DNA of 64,000 nucleotides from Candidatus Eiseniibacteriota bacterium (GTDB lineage Bacteria; Orphanbacterota; Orphanbacteria; Orphanbacterales; Orphanbacteraceae): NCBI GenBank assembly GCA_029262235.1, contig JAJCZU010000004.1, positions 991,231 to 1,055,230 of the forward strand, read 5' to 3'. Shown piece by piece: positions 1 to 10,592 of this stretch (position 1 is its first letter; each line of letters starts with the position of its first letter). The notes under the pieces were generated by a model. It saw only the letters and a program-made list of their open reading frames with translations, ran no database searches and was not told where the DNA came from. The position numbers and the translations under genes were made by a program.

Positions 1-1535
1 TCGTCGCCGGGCCGTACCGGTTCTACGAATCCGACCACAGGGGGATCCGGATCGTCGGGCTCCTCTATCAGGCGGACGACGCCACGGAACTCTGGGAAAC
101 GTACCGGGCCGCTGCAATGCGCTACCTCGATCTGTACGGCGGACAGATCGGGCGCTATCCGTATACGAAATTCGCTTTCGTCGAGAACTTCTGGGAGACG
201 GGATACGGCATGCCCTCGTTCACGCTTCTCGGCAGCAAAGTGCTGCGCCTCCCCTTTATTCCGGAGACATCGTTCCGGCATGAAGTGCTGCACAACTGGT
301 GGGGGAACAGCGTGTTTCTCGACCCGGATCAGGGAAACTGGTGCGAGGCGCTCACGAATTACATGGCCGACTTCGCGAAATCCGAAGAGGAAGGCGAGGA
401 GGCGGCGCGGCGCCACCGTCTGCGCGAGCTGCAGCGCTTCTGGAACGAGCAGGAAAAGAACCGGGCGGTAAGCCTCGCGGAATTCCAGCAGGGGGCCGAC
501 GAGGACCAGACCGCGATCGGGTATACGAAGGGCGCGTTCTTCTTCCATATGTTGCGCGAGCACGTGGGCGCGGTACCGTTTGCGCGGTCGATGCAGCGCT
601 TTTATGCCGCGTACCGCGGGAAGGTCGCCGGCTGGGATGAGCTGCGCGCGGCGATCGCGAAGGATACGGGAACGAACCTCGACAAGTTCTTCGAGGAGTG
701 GGTCGATCGAAAGGGGGCGCCCCGGCTCGAACTCGCGGGCGTTTCCCGCTCCCGTGACGACGGCGTTCATGTGACGACGATTACGATCCGGCAGTCCGAG
801 CCGTTCTACGATCTTGACGTTCCTGTGGAAATCGAAACGGAGGACGGGGCGCGACAGGAAGGGTTCGTGATTCTCGTTCGGAAGGAGGGGACGCTCGAAT
901 GGCGGAGCGAGAGCCCGGTGCGGCGCGTCACTCTGGACCCGAAGTACGATCTGTTCCGACGCCTGAATGAGAACGAAATACCGCCGAGCGTGTCGACCGT
1001 GTTCTCCGGCTCCCGGTTCGGCGTCACGCTCCCCGACACGAGCACGATCTGGCGGGACGCCGTGACGCAGTGGGACCCGAAGGGGCTCGTTGCCGTGCGC
1101 GGGCATGACGAAGGATCGGAGATCGGGGCATCTGATGCCGGCGCGCGGAGCGGGGTCACGATCGATCTCTGGGACGGCGCCGAATCGTGGACCGCGGCGC
1201 ACGGTGGTGTCGGTGAATCCGCCGGCGCGGATGGCGGCGGCACGCCTGCGTCCGACTTTCCGATCGCGCGCAACGATTCCGGCTGGGTCGTGAACGGCGA
1301 AGCGATCGGCGACGGCACGCTTTTCTACGTTGCGAAGACGGGAGCACGCAACGCGCGAGGGAACGCTCCCGGACTGCAGGCCGCAATCGTGGCAAAGCCG
1401 GGTGACGATGTCGTCGATATCACGCGCCGGATTCCGTACTACGGTTATTACGGGACGATCCTGTTCCGGGACGGCGAGGTCGTGTTCAAGGGCGAATGGG
1501 ACGCCACGCCTCCGGAATGGAAGGCGCCTGAATGA
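1..1535 (+). CDS. M1 family zinc aminopeptidase, C-terminal part. The gene starts upstream of the window; the frame is open from nt 3.
   Basis: HEVLH followed 18 residues later by E (HEXXH-X18-E gluzincin motif of family M1). There is no stop between the window edge and the first Met of ORF 117..1535. Confidence 0.8.
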   Translation, partial: VAGPYRFYESDHRGIRIVGLLYQADDATELWETYRAAAMRYLDLYGGQIGRYPYTKFAFVENFWETGYGMPSFTLLGSKVLRLPFIPETSFRHEVLHNWWGNSVFLDPDQGNWCEALTNYMADFAKSEEEGEEAARRHRLRELQRFWNEQEKNRAVSLAEFQQGADEDQTAIGYTKGAFFFHMLREHVGAVPFARSMQRFYAAYRGKVAGWDELRAAIAKDTGTNLDKFFEEWVDRKGAPRLELAGVSRSRDDGVHVTTITIRQSEPFYDLDVPVEIETEDGARQEGFVILVRKEGTLEWRSESPVRRVTLDPKYDLFRRLNENEIPPSVSTVFSGSRFGVTLPDTSTIWRDAVTQWDPKGLVAVRGHDEGSEIGASDAGARSGVTIDLWDGAESWTAAHGGVGESAGADGGGTPASDFPIARNDSGWVVNGEAIGDGTLFYVAKTGARNARGNAPGLQAAIVAKPGDDVVDITRRIPYYGYYGTILFRDGEVVFKGEWDATPPEWKAPE

Positions 1536-3130
1536 TGCCTTTCCACGCCCTGACGAAACGATTTCGCCTGGCGCGCCATTGCAGGGGCGCGCTTTCGCTG
1601 ATGGCGGGCTGCGTCCTTCTGCTGAGCCTGTCGTTCGGATGCGGCGGCGCGAAGCCCGAACCCACCGGCCTTCGCGTTGCCGTGATCGGGCTCGACGGCG
1701 CCACGTTCGACCTGCTCGATCCGTGGTTCGCGGAGGGTCTGCTTCCGAATCTGGCGACGCTCCGCTCGTCCGCATTCAGCGCCACGCTGGAGTCGGTGAT
1801 CCCGGCGCTTTCGGCACCGGCATGGACCTCGGCCGTGACCGGGGTCAATCCCGGCAAGCACGGCGTGTTCGACTTCGAACTGCTGAACAGGGACGAGTTC
1901 ATCACGGAACCGGCCACCTCGCTCGACCGCGAAGCGAAAGCAGTGTGGGAATACCTCACAGACAGCCACCGGAGCTCGGTTGTCGTCAGCATTCCTCTGA
2001 CTTCGCCTCCCGACTCGATCGACGGACTCATGATCTCGGGCTTCCCGCATCTCCGTCCGACCGGGTATACGTGGCCGCCGGAACTCGAGAACCAGCTCCG
2101 CGCGTACCGGCTCGACAAATACGGCGAGTATCTTCCGCCGGACGGCGAGGACGCGTTCCTCGCGAATCTGAACGCCACGCGTGAGGCGCGTTATCGTACG
2201 GCGATCGAATTCTTCAAGAATGAAGAATGGGAACTGTTCTGGACCGTCTTCATGGGCAGCGACAAGATTCAGCACTTCTACTGGCAGTTCATGGATCCCG
2301 AGGGGCGCGATGTCGATCCGGTGCTGCGGGAGCGCTACCAGCACGCGATACGTGACCATTGGATCCGCGTCGACGAAATTGTGGGTGAGTTTCTTGCGGC
2401 GCGTGACGAGAACACGGTCCTGTTCGTCGTGTCCGATCACGGCTTCGTGCCCGTAACGCGCGAGCTTCCGCTGCTTCGCTGGATCTGGGACGAAGGATAC
2501 TGCAGCGCGAATCCGAAGAAATCGCGCGTACTCTACTTTCCGCATCTCGGCGGGCGGCTCACGATCAATACGAAGGGCGCGTTCGATGACGGCGTCGTTT
2601 CGCCGGGCGAAGAATACAACGCGCTCCGCGATGAACTGCGCGAGAAACTGCTGGCGATCCGCGATCCCGACAATGGAAAGCAGGTCGTGAAGAACGTATA
2701 CTTTCGAGATGAAGTGTATACGGGGCGGTTCGTCGAGAACGCGCCCGACATTCTGATCGAAGGGGAACGCGGTTATCTGTTCGGGCGGGGCGCTCCGTTT
2801 CAGGGGGGACCGCTTTTCAAGACGCCTTCGTTCACGTTTTCGGGGTACCACGATCGCCGCGGCATACTCTTCGCGACGGGACCCCACGTGAAACCGGGCC
2901 GCGCCGAAACGCCGATTTCGCTTCTGGATCTCGCCCCCACGGTGCTGGGTCTTCTGGGCGAAGTGATTCCACGCGATTTCGATGGCGCCATGATGAGTGC
3001 GCCGTTCACGCCCGACCTCGACTCGATCGCCCCGGCCCGCATCGCGAAGCGCACGATCAAGCGGGACATACCGGCTTCGAAACGTCGCGAAGAGAAAGAG
3101 GGCCTGAAGGCGCTGCCGTATCTGCGGTAA
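1532..3130 (+). CDS. Alkaline-phosphatase-superfamily protein (type I phosphodiesterase/nucleotide pyrophosphatase-like), probable lipoprotein
   Basis: N-terminal hydrophobic segment ending in LSFGC (lipobox-like). GLDGATFDLL...NPGKHGVFDF core typical of PF01663-type AlkP-family proteins. ATGA overlap with the upstream gene. Confidence 0.7.
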   Translation: MMPFHALTKRFRLARHCRGALSLMAGCVLLLSLSFGCGGAKPEPTGLRVAVIGLDGATFDLLDPWFAEGLLPNLATLRSSAFSATLESVIPALSAPAWTSAVTGVNPGKHGVFDFELLNRDEFITEPATSLDREAKAVWEYLTDSHRSSVVVSIPLTSPPDSIDGLMISGFPHLRPTGYTWPPELENQLRAYRLDKYGEYLPPDGEDAFLANLNATREARYRTAIEFFKNEEWELFWTVFMGSDKIQHFYWQFMDPEGRDVDPVLRERYQHAIRDHWIRVDEIVGEFLAARDENTVLFVVSDHGFVPVTRELPLLRWIWDEGYCSANPKKSRVLYFPHLGGRLTINTKGAFDDGVVSPGEEYNALRDELREKLLAIRDPDNGKQVVKNVYFRDEVYTGRFVENAPDILIEGERGYLFGRGAPFQGGPLFKTPSFTFSGYHDRRGILFATGPHVKPGRAETPISLLDLAPTVLGLLGEVIPRDFDGAMMSAPFTPDLDSIAPARIAKRTIKRDIPASKRREEKEGLKALPYLR

Positions 3131-3151
3131 GTATTCCGGTGAGCGGGCCGG

Positions 3152-4321
3152 TCAGTGTGAGTCGAAGCGGATCATTCTGATTCCGAGCAGCGCGAAGAAC
3201 ACCGCGAACCCGGCGAGCAGTCCGATCACCGGAAGCACGCTGACGAGATCGCCGTTGTAGGAAATGATTCTCTGCATCCCGGACATCGCCCACCCGGTGG
3301 GAAGAAGCATCGCGACCTTCTTCATCGTTCCGCTTACGATTTCAATCGGCCACCAGCATCCGCCAAGCGCCGCCATCGTGAGTGTGATGAGCACCCCCGC
3401 CGGCGAAACGACTTCCGCCTTTCCGATCGAAAGCCCGAGGAACACGCCGAGCGATGACACGGCGAGGGCGAGGGCCGCGAGCACGCCCGCGAGCGCGAAC
3501 GGCGATCCGCCCCACTCCATGCGAAACAGAATCGTACTGACGATGACGAGGAACGCGATCTGCACGACTGCGACGAGCAGAAGCCCCGCGACTTTCCCCC
3601 AGTAAATTTCGCCGATCGTAATCGGCGCGGAACCGAGGCGGCGGAAATGGCCGCCTTCGACATTCGACGCCACGAGAGACGCCCCGGACGTGAGCGCGAC
3701 GATCAGCACGAACATCACGATGTTGCCCGGGACTGAGAACTGGAAGCCGCGCGGCACTTCGCGCAGCGCCAGCGCGTTCCGGCTCTCGAGCGCGACCTCG
3801 TCGGGACGCGCGGCGAGGCTCGCATACGAAGCCGCCAGCGCCTCGTCCGTACCATTCGCGAGCAGGCTCTCCGGTATCGCGTACGTGTTCAGCAGCACGC
3901 GGAGCGCGGCCTGCCTTGCCGTCCATGCGTAATTGTCGAGCATTCGTCTGCTCGCCCCTTCGAGCGCCACGACCGGAAGCAACGTTTTGCGGCCCGCGCG
4001 TACCGAGTCCGTGAACCCCGCCGGGATCGCGAGCCATGCTTTCCGCTTCGCGAGCAGCGAGTCGCCCTCTTCGTACAGAGCGACTTCGGTCGTTTCCGTT
4101 TCCAGTTGCTCGAGAATCGCGCGTGCGAGAAATCCGTTGTCGCCGGCTACGACCGGGATCGCCGTTTTCGGCGGCTCGCCTTCGCCGCCCGGTCCCATCA
4201 ACGTTCCGAACGACGCGATGAAGATGAGCGGCATGACGAAGAGCCACAGGATCGATTGCCTGTCCTTCAGCGTGAGCACCAGATCAGTCTGCGCGATCGC
4301 GAGTATTCTCGGCAGATTCAT
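3152..4321 (-). CDS. ABC-2 type transporter permease (second permease of the operon)
   Basis: True start at MNLPRILAIAQTDLV (residue 121 of track ORF 3152..4681). The preceding ORF residues are R-rich non-coding-like. Multiple TM helices. ATGA overlap with the upstream permease. Confidence 0.7.
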   Translation of the reverse strand: MNLPRILAIAQTDLVLTLKDRQSILWLFVMPLIFIASFGTLMGPGGEGEPPKTAIPVVAGDNGFLARAILEQLETETTEVALYEEGDSLLAKRKAWLAIPAGFTDSVRAGRKTLLPVVALEGASRRMLDNYAWTARQAALRVLLNTYAIPESLLANGTDEALAASYASLAARPDEVALESRNALALREVPRGFQFSVPGNIVMFVLIVALTSGASLVASNVEGGHFRRLGSAPITIGEIYWGKVAGLLLVAVVQIAFLVIVSTILFRMEWGGSPFALAGVLAALALAVSSLGVFLGLSIGKAEVVSPAGVLITLTMAALGGCWWPIEIVSGTMKKVAMLLPTGWAMSGMQRIISYNGDLVSVLPVIGLLAGFAVFFALLGIRMIRFDSH

Positions 4322-5574
4322 CGGCGCAGATTCCTCTCGAACAGAAACGTGGAGGCGAAGAAGAGCACCGTGCCCACGGATGTCAGAATCAGCAGATGCA
4401 GGCCGATGTCGGACAGGCCGCCGTCGAACACGGTGATCGTCCGGAATCCTTCGATCGTCCAGTAGTTGATCGTCCATTTCGATACGCTCTGCACGGAGTC
4501 CGGAAACATCTCCGCAGGGATCATGCTGCCGCCCAGGATCGACATACCGAATATCACGATGGTGCTCAGAGCGTCCGCCTGACGCTCGGTTCGCGTAACG
4601 GCGAATACGAACGCGAGAATGCCCGTGACCGCCACGCCCTGCGCGATGACCAGAAGAATCGCGGCCAGGCCGTCGTTCCATCGAATGTGAAAGACGAGGG
4701 AGCCGATCACGGCGAGCAGAAGATGGCAGACGACGAGCAGCGCGAGGGTCGAGATGAGTTTGGAAAGAACGACGGTGCGGATCGGAACCGGAGTCGCGAG
4801 AAGTCGCGCCAGATGCCCGTGCTCGCGCTCCCAGAGAAGGTCGCGCAGTGACTGCTGCGCGACGAACAGGAGCCCCATCGCGATGATGCCGGGAAAGAGA
4901 TAGGCGAACAGGTTCACGTTTCGTTTCTGTTGCGCCGGATCCTTCGTTTCGTCGATGCGCTCTTCGATCGACACGTCGATCGCGGGCGGCAGCAGGAGGC
5001 GCTCGCCCCGCTTGATCGCCCGCTGCACGGTCACGGCGATGCTCGACACCGTGGCCTCGCCCGGCCCGTCGTCATTGTCCATCAGGCTGCTCACGGTTTC
5101 GAGCGGCTCGGCCAGTACGCGCGAGGCGCCGGTCAGGATCAACGCCAGAAACCCGGCGAAGGACTCCGCGATTTCCGGCAGGATCGACTCGCCGGGATTG
5201 CGTACGAGAGTGAGTGTCACGGGTTCGCGCGCGAGATACTTTTCGCTGAAGCCGGCGGGAATCACGATCAGGGCCGACGCGTCCCCTTCGCCGACGATCG
5301 CCTCGCCGGCGCCGGAATCGACCAGGGCGACGTCGAAAAACCGGGCAGCCTGTTCGTTTCGAAACGCGGTGGAAAGAAGCTCGCTCAGGAAGCCGCCGTC
5401 CCGGTTTTCAACGAGCAGTTTGATCGTGGGAAGAACATCGTCGTCGTTCGCGTTGAACGTGCCGCCGATCACGGCAACGAGGACGAGAGGAAACGCCAGT
5501 GTCAGCAGGACGCCGGCCGGCGCGCGGACACGACGGGCCAGGTCTTTGCGGATCAGCGCGAGCAATGCTCTCAT
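4318..5574 (-). CDS. ABC-2 type transporter permease
   Basis: Polytopic membrane protein of 418 aa with a large extracytoplasmic loop after TM1, typical of ABC-2/YhgE-like permeases. 4-nt overlap with the ATPase gene. Confidence 0.7.
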   Translation of the reverse strand: MRALLALIRKDLARRVRAPAGVLLTLAFPLVLVAVIGGTFNANDDDVLPTIKLLVENRDGGFLSELLSTAFRNEQAARFFDVALVDSGAGEAIVGEGDASALIVIPAGFSEKYLAREPVTLTLVRNPGESILPEIAESFAGFLALILTGASRVLAEPLETVSSLMDNDDGPGEATVSSIAVTVQRAIKRGERLLLPPAIDVSIEERIDETKDPAQQKRNVNLFAYLFPGIIAMGLLFVAQQSLRDLLWEREHGHLARLLATPVPIRTVVLSKLISTLALLVVCHLLLAVIGSLVFHIRWNDGLAAILLVIAQGVAVTGILAFVFAVTRTERQADALSTIVIFGMSILGGSMIPAEMFPDSVQSVSKWTINYWTIEGFRTITVFDGGLSDIGLHLLILTSVGTVLFFASTFLFERNLRR

Positions 5575-6500
5575 TCGCGAAGTTCTCTCCCTGTCAGCTT
5601 CAGGAACAGAGACTGGAGCGAGGGTTTGCGAATCGCGACCTCTTCGACTTCCGGCATGCCCCCGAAGAGCCTGTGGAGAACGGAAAAGACTTCCGAACCA
5701 TGCCGTGTGGTCGACAGAAGCGCCTTGCCGTCATCGATCGCGAGAAGCGAGATGTCGCGCTCGCTCGCCAGCGCGCTCCGGATCGCGTCAGGCGTGAACG
5801 TGCCGGAAAGCGAAACGATGTCCCCTTCGCCGAGTTCGAGAAGCAGATCGCGAAGCGTGCCGTTCACGAGTATCTTTCCGTGGTCGATGATCGCCACGCG
5901 GTCGCAGAGCTCTTCCACTTCTTCCAGATAGTGCGACGTGTACACGACGGCCGTACCGCCCGCCGCGACCTCTTTCACCATGTCGAGAATCGCGATGCGC
6001 CCCTGCGGGTCGATGCCGGCTGTCACTTCGTCGAGCAGAAGAAGACGGGGCGAGTGAATGAGTCCGGTGAGAAGATGCAGGCGGCGCTTCATGCCGCCGG
6101 AGTACGTCTTGACCGCGCTCTTCGCCTTTTCGCGAAGGCCGGCGCGTTCCAGGAGCGTTTCGATTCTGTCGTCGAGAGCGGAACCCCTGAGGCCGTAGAT
6201 GCGGCCCCAGAAGCGCAGGTTCTCCCGGGCGCTCAGCTCTTCGTACAGCGAGATGTCCTGCGGCACGACGCCGAGCAGCTTTTTCGCGTCGCGCGGCCGG
6301 TCGATTACGGAGATCCCGTCGATCGTGATCGAGCCCGCGTCGGGAAGCAGAAGGCCCGAAACCATCGAAAGCGTGGTCGTTTTGCCCGCGCCGTTCGGCC
6401 CCAGGAGGCCGAAGATCTCTCCGCCGCGCGCCTCGAGATCGATGCCGTCGACGGCGCGCAGATCCCCGAATCGCTTCTCGATACCCTGAATTGTGAGCAT
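5571..6500 (-). CDS. ABC transporter ATP-binding protein
   Basis: Walker A GPNGAGKTT, ABC signature YSGGMKRRL, Walker B LLLLDEVTAGID, H-loop. Confidence 0.9.
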   Translation of the reverse strand: MLTIQGIEKRFGDLRAVDGIDLEARGGEIFGLLGPNGAGKTTTLSMVSGLLLPDAGSITIDGISVIDRPRDAKKLLGVVPQDISLYEELSARENLRFWGRIYGLRGSALDDRIETLLERAGLREKAKSAVKTYSGGMKRRLHLLTGLIHSPRLLLLDEVTAGIDPQGRIAILDMVKEVAAGGTAVVYTSHYLEEVEELCDRVAIIDHGKILVNGTLRDLLLELGEGDIVSLSGTFTPDAIRSALASERDISLLAIDDGKALLSTTRHGSEVFSVLHRLFGGMPEVEEVAIRKPSLQSLFLKLTGRELRE

Positions 6501-6595
6501 GGCCGCATTGTAGCGGATGGGGAACGGGGGGGCGAACGGAAATGGCCCCGCGTGCGTGTCTGGACAGGTTCGCGCAGGACCGCTATCTTGCAGTT

Positions 6596-7822
6596 ATGAG
6601 AGCGTTCCGTTTCCTTCATATGGCCGACGTTCATTTCGACCGGTCCTTCGCTACGAAACGGGAGAAGGTCCGCGCCGCGTTGCGTGATGCGATGGAGGCG
6701 TCTTTCTCCACGGCCGTCGATCTGGCGCTCTCGGAATCCGTCGACGCGTTTCTGATCGCCGGCGACCTCTTCGACCACTCCGAATGCTCCTATCGTACGG
6801 AACGGTTTCTCCGCACACAGATCGCGCGTCTCGAGGAATCAGGGATCGCGTTTCTCTACGCAACGGGTAATCATGATCCCGGCCCCGCGACGCGGCGGAT
6901 CTCCTGGCCCGACGGCGCCGTGCTCTTCGACCGGGGCACGCCGCGGCGCGTCGCGATCGAGCGCGAAGGGCGCGCTGTCGGCCATGTCACGGCGGCGGGG
7001 CACGCGCGCAGCACGACGGGCGAAAACCTCGCTGCCACGTTTCCGTCCGCGCCGCGCGATCAAAAAGCGCCCGAAGTCGCCATGCTGCACGCCACGGTGT
7101 CCGGCAGCCTCGGCTATGCGGGGCACGGGAAGCATGCTCCTTGCTCGCAGGGCGACCTGATCGAGAAGGGCTACGGTTACTGGGCGCTCGGGCACATTCA
7201 CCTGCGTCAGTCGGTCGTGGAAGACGCCGCTGCCCACTACCCCGGTGGTCCGCTCGGACTCAGCAGGCGTGAAACGGGAGAGAAGGGCGTGCTGATCGTG
7301 TCTCTCGAGCCGGGCGCGCCCGCCGAGGTCGCGTTTCATGCCACCGCGCCGCTTCGCTGGGAGTCGATCACGGCGGACCTGAGCGACGTGACCGAATGGG
7401 ACGGCGTGCAGCGCGCGATCCGGCGCGCGATCGACACGACGCTCGACGTACCCGCGAATGAAACGCTGCTCACGATCTGGCTGGAAGGGGCGACCCGGCT
7501 CGCCACGGAAATCCGTCATCCCGAAAACACCGATTCGCTGACCGACGAAATCCTTTACGGCGCGGGTTTGCGCGACCTCTTTCTCGAAACACGCCGCCTG
7601 CGCCGCCCGGTGGAGCGGGAACGGTTCCTCGTCGAGCCGATCCATTCGATGTGCGAACTCGTGCGCGCGCTTCGAAGCGGCGACGAGAGTATCGACTCGA
7701 TCACACCGCCGAAGTTCGCGGGCGAGCCGCTTGACCCGGCAGGCAAACGCGAGTACCTGCTGGCGCTTCTCGAAGGGGCGGAGGACGAGCTCGTCGATCG
7801 CATGTGGAAGGAGCGGTCATGA
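6596..7822 (+). CDS. SbcD/Mre11-like metallophosphoesterase (YhaO-like DNA repair exonuclease)
   Basis: FLHMADVHFD motif I, GDLFDH motif II, GNHD motif III of calcineurin-like nucleases. The alternative in-frame ATG at 6542 would add 18 residues. Confidence 0.75.
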   Translation: MRAFRFLHMADVHFDRSFATKREKVRAALRDAMEASFSTAVDLALSESVDAFLIAGDLFDHSECSYRTERFLRTQIARLEESGIAFLYATGNHDPGPATRRISWPDGAVLFDRGTPRRVAIEREGRAVGHVTAAGHARSTTGENLAATFPSAPRDQKAPEVAMLHATVSGSLGYAGHGKHAPCSQGDLIEKGYGYWALGHIHLRQSVVEDAAAHYPGGPLGLSRRETGEKGVLIVSLEPGAPAEVAFHATAPLRWESITADLSDVTEWDGVQRAIRRAIDTTLDVPANETLLTIWLEGATRLATEIRHPENTDSLTDEILYGAGLRDLFLETRRLRRPVERERFLVEPIHSMCELVRALRSGDESIDSITPPKFAGEPLDPAGKREYLLALLEGAEDELVDRMWKERS

Positions 7823-10584
7823 GATTCCGCGCCGCCCGCATCGACGGCTACGGTTCGCTCACGCAGCGGATCTTTCGCGACCTCGACCATCCGATCGTCG
7901 TCGTGTACGGGCCGAACGAGGCCGGCAAGACCACGTTCTACAACTATCTCACGACGATGCTGTTCGGCTTTCATCCTGCGAATCTCGAAGGAAACCCCTA
8001 CGCGCCCTGGAGCGGCGTTGAAATGGGGGGCGAGGCGGAAATCGTGCTCGGCAAGCGCGAGCGCTGGACCGTGAAGCGCGCGATGCGGGCGAGCATTACG
8101 GGGCGCGTGGTCCGCAACAAAGAGAGCACGAACATTCAGAATCAGCCTCTCCCGTGCCTCGGCATGATCACGCGTGCGCTGTTTCAGGCGGTGTACGCGA
8201 TGAACCGCCACGACCTCGTTTTTCTCGACGAGAAATCATGGGCGGAAGTGAAGGATCGTCTGCTCGGAACGGCCGGGATCCCGCAGGTGCAGTCGGCGCG
8301 TCTTGTCGCGGAGGCCCTCGAGAAGGAGGCGGACCAGCTGTGGCGCCCGGACCGTCGCGGCAAGAGCCGTTCGCGCAAGTTGAAAGAAGCGATGCGCGCG
8401 CTCAGCGAGGCGGAGCAGAAGGCGCGCGAACGGGATCGCGCGACGCGCACGATCGAGTCCGAACTCGAACAGGCCGATCACGACCTCGCGGGCTGCGAAG
8501 AGAAACGTGCCGTGCTCGCCGCGCGGATCCGGCGCGCCCGCCGGTTGCTCCCCGCCGCGCGCCGGCTCATGCTTCTCTTTGAAATGAACGCGAACGCCGA
8601 AATCGCGCGCGCCTGCGCCCACCTCCCGACGGACCCGATGGCGCGCCGGGAAGCGTGGCTGCAGCGCGAGCGCGAACTTCAGGAGCGGGCCGACCGGCTG
8701 GCGCGCGAACGGGAAGAGTGCCGCCGCGCGCAGGACGCGTTCACGGATGCGGACCGCGCGCTTCTCGCCGCGTCGGAAGAGACGCGGCGTCTCCGCGAGA
8801 ACCGTGCCGGGCGCACCGCCCGCGTGCACACCCTCGAGTCGAGGCGGGAAGATCTTGCCGGCGCCGAGGCGATTCTGAGCGACCGGGCCAACGGCCTGTT
8901 CGTCGGGGTGATCGAGTGCCCGGCGGCCGCCGCGCTACCCCGGGAAGAGCTGTCGCGCAGGATCAGCGCCTATCGGGAGGCGCGCGACGAGCGAATCATT
9001 CGCGAACGTACCGAGACGATCGACCCCCTTACGGAAGACGGCACGGCAGGCGGCGGGCTCGAGGGCGGCGAACCGGCGGATGCCGGATCGGCCAGGTTCC
9101 GGATACCATTTCTGTCCGGTAGTCCCTGGCTGTTTGCGGCGGCCGGCGTTCTCCTGTTCGCACTGTACTTCTTCGTGCGCGCCCATCCCGCTTCGTTCCT
9201 TGTTCTCTTCGCCGCTGCTCTTGCCACCCTGGCGGGGGTGCAATCGTACTTCTCCGGACGGGGAAAGGACGCGCATCGTGCGGCGGCCGAGCGGCGCAGG
9301 AAACGGGCGGCGGATCGCATCGAGTCCGCGCGCGGCAGTGAGCGCGAGGCACGCGACAATGTCGCGGCGCTGCTCGATCCCCTGCCCCTTGCGGAGCATC
9401 GCGCGCAGCTCATGGACGAAGACCTGCGACGCGATCTGACCGAATACAACGATCAGCTGAGCAAAGTCGAGCGTCTGCGCGGCACGATCGGCGAGTTGCA
9501 TGCGGAAATCGTGCGCTATGACGAGGAGGCGGCTTCATTGATCGCGGCGCTCGCGATCGAAGACGTGCGGGGCGACTGGATCGCGGCGCTCGACCGCAAT
9601 CTGGACGAAGCGCGGGCGCGCCGGACCGAAGCGGGAAAGGCGGAGCACCGCCTGCAGGAGATCGCGGCGGACGAGGCATCCGTGAAAGAGGAACGGGTAC
9701 GGCTGACGGGTGAGCGCGAAACGCTCGAAGAAGAGCTGGCGAAGCTGGGTCCCGATCCCGAACGGGGCGCCCGCGCACTGCAGGAATCGCGTCGCGCGGC
9801 CGACTCGGCCGAGGCCCTGCGCGTCGAACTTCGCAAGGAGTCAGGGAGCCTTTCGCAACTCCGCGAGGAAGTCGCGGCGTTTCTCGAAGAGGAGACGGGG
9901 GCCGACGACAATCTGCTTGCGCGGTGGGAATCGGAAGAGAAAGCGCTTCACGAACAGATCAATCAGTTTCATTCCACGGCCGCTTCGCTTCGTTCCGACC
10001 TCAAACACAGGCTCGAAGAGCGGACCGCAGCGGATTTGGCCGGCGAGAAGGCCGCGCTCGAAGAGGAGTTGCAGGAAGCGCGCCGCGAACGCGACCGAAA
10101 AGCGCTCCTTGCGCGCATCGTGCGTGAGGGGGAGGCCCGTTATCGCCGGGAACACGAGCCGGACATCTACAAGCGTGCGGGCGAGCATCTTTCGGTGATC
10201 ACGAACGGGCGCTATGACCGCTTTTCGGTCGAAGAGGGGAAGTCGCCGCGTCCGATGCTCCATTCGCGCGAAGCGGGGGAGGCGCGTGCGGCTGCCGAGC
10301 CGTTCAGCCAGGGCACTCTCGATCAGCTCTACTGGTCGCTCCGCATGGCGCTCGTGGACCATCTCGAGGCGGGCGGAGAACCGCTGCCGCTCTTCCTGGA
10401 CGAAGTGTTCGCGCACTGGGACGCCGAGCGGATGGACCGGGGGATCGCGCTCCTTCGTTCGCTCGCCGCGCATCGCCAGATCTTTTTCTTTACGTGTCAT
10501 GAATCTGTCGCGAAACGGTTTCGTGATGAAGGCGCGGGCCTGATCGACCTCGAAGACAGCGGGTCGAAGATGGCGCTCTTTTAG
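7819..10584 (+). CDS. SbcC/YhaN-like AAA ATPase with a long coiled-coil insert (SMC/Rad50-like)
   Basis: N-terminal Walker [11 protein letters not shown] very long E/R/A-rich coiled-coil region. C-terminal [11 protein letters not shown] (Walker B/D-loop) and FFFTCHE. ATGA overlap with the nuclease gene. No CxxC zinc hook was seen, and a hydrophobic hairpin (residues ~435-480) lies in the middle of the protein. Confidence 0.75.
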   Translation: MRFRAARIDGYGSLTQRIFRDLDHPIVVVYGPNEAGKTTFYNYLTTMLFGFHPANLEGNPYAPWSGVEMGGEAEIVLGKRERWTVKRAMRASITGRVVRNKESTNIQNQPLPCLGMITRALFQAVYAMNRHDLVFLDEKSWAEVKDRLLGTAGIPQVQSARLVAEALEKEADQLWRPDRRGKSRSRKLKEAMRALSEAEQKARERDRATRTIESELEQADHDLAGCEEKRAVLAARIRRARRLLPAARRLMLLFEMNANAEIARACAHLPTDPMARREAWLQRERELQERADRLAREREECRRAQDAFTDADRALLAASEETRRLRENRAGRTARVHTLESRREDLAGAEAILSDRANGLFVGVIECPAAAALPREELSRRISAYREARDERIIRERTETIDPLTEDGTAGGGLEGGEPADAGSARFRIPFLSGSPWLFAAAGVLLFALYFFVRAHPASFLVLFAAALATLAGVQSYFSGRGKDAHRAAAERRRKRAADRIESARGSEREARDNVAALLDPLPLAEHRAQLMDEDLRRDLTEYNDQLSKVERLRGTIGELHAEIVRYDEEAASLIAALAIEDVRGDWIAALDRNLDEARARRTEAGKAEHRLQEIAADEASVKEERVRLTGERETLEEELAKLGPDPERGARALQESRRAADSAEALRVELRKESGSLSQLREEVAAFLEEETGADDNLLARWESEEKALHEQINQFHSTAASLRSDLKHRLEERTAADLAGEKAALEEELQEARRERDRKALLARIVREGEARYRREHEPDIYKRAGEHLSVITNGRYDRFSVEEGKSPRPMLHSREAGEARAAAEPFSQGTLDQLYWSLRMALVDHLEAGGEPLPLFLDEVFAHWDAERMDRGIALLRSLAAHRQIFFFTCHESVAKRFRDEGAGLIDLEDSGSKMALF

Positions 10585-10592
10585 GAGTGGCG

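Noticed and set aside
7819-10584. Calling the nuclease-ATPase pair a named defence system (Lamassu/Wadjet/Gabija-like)
   Set aside because: Motifs fit the ordinary SbcCD/YhaON repair family equally well. No additional defence-specific partner genes (JetAB, LmuA effector domains, helicase) are present in the window. Left as an open finding.
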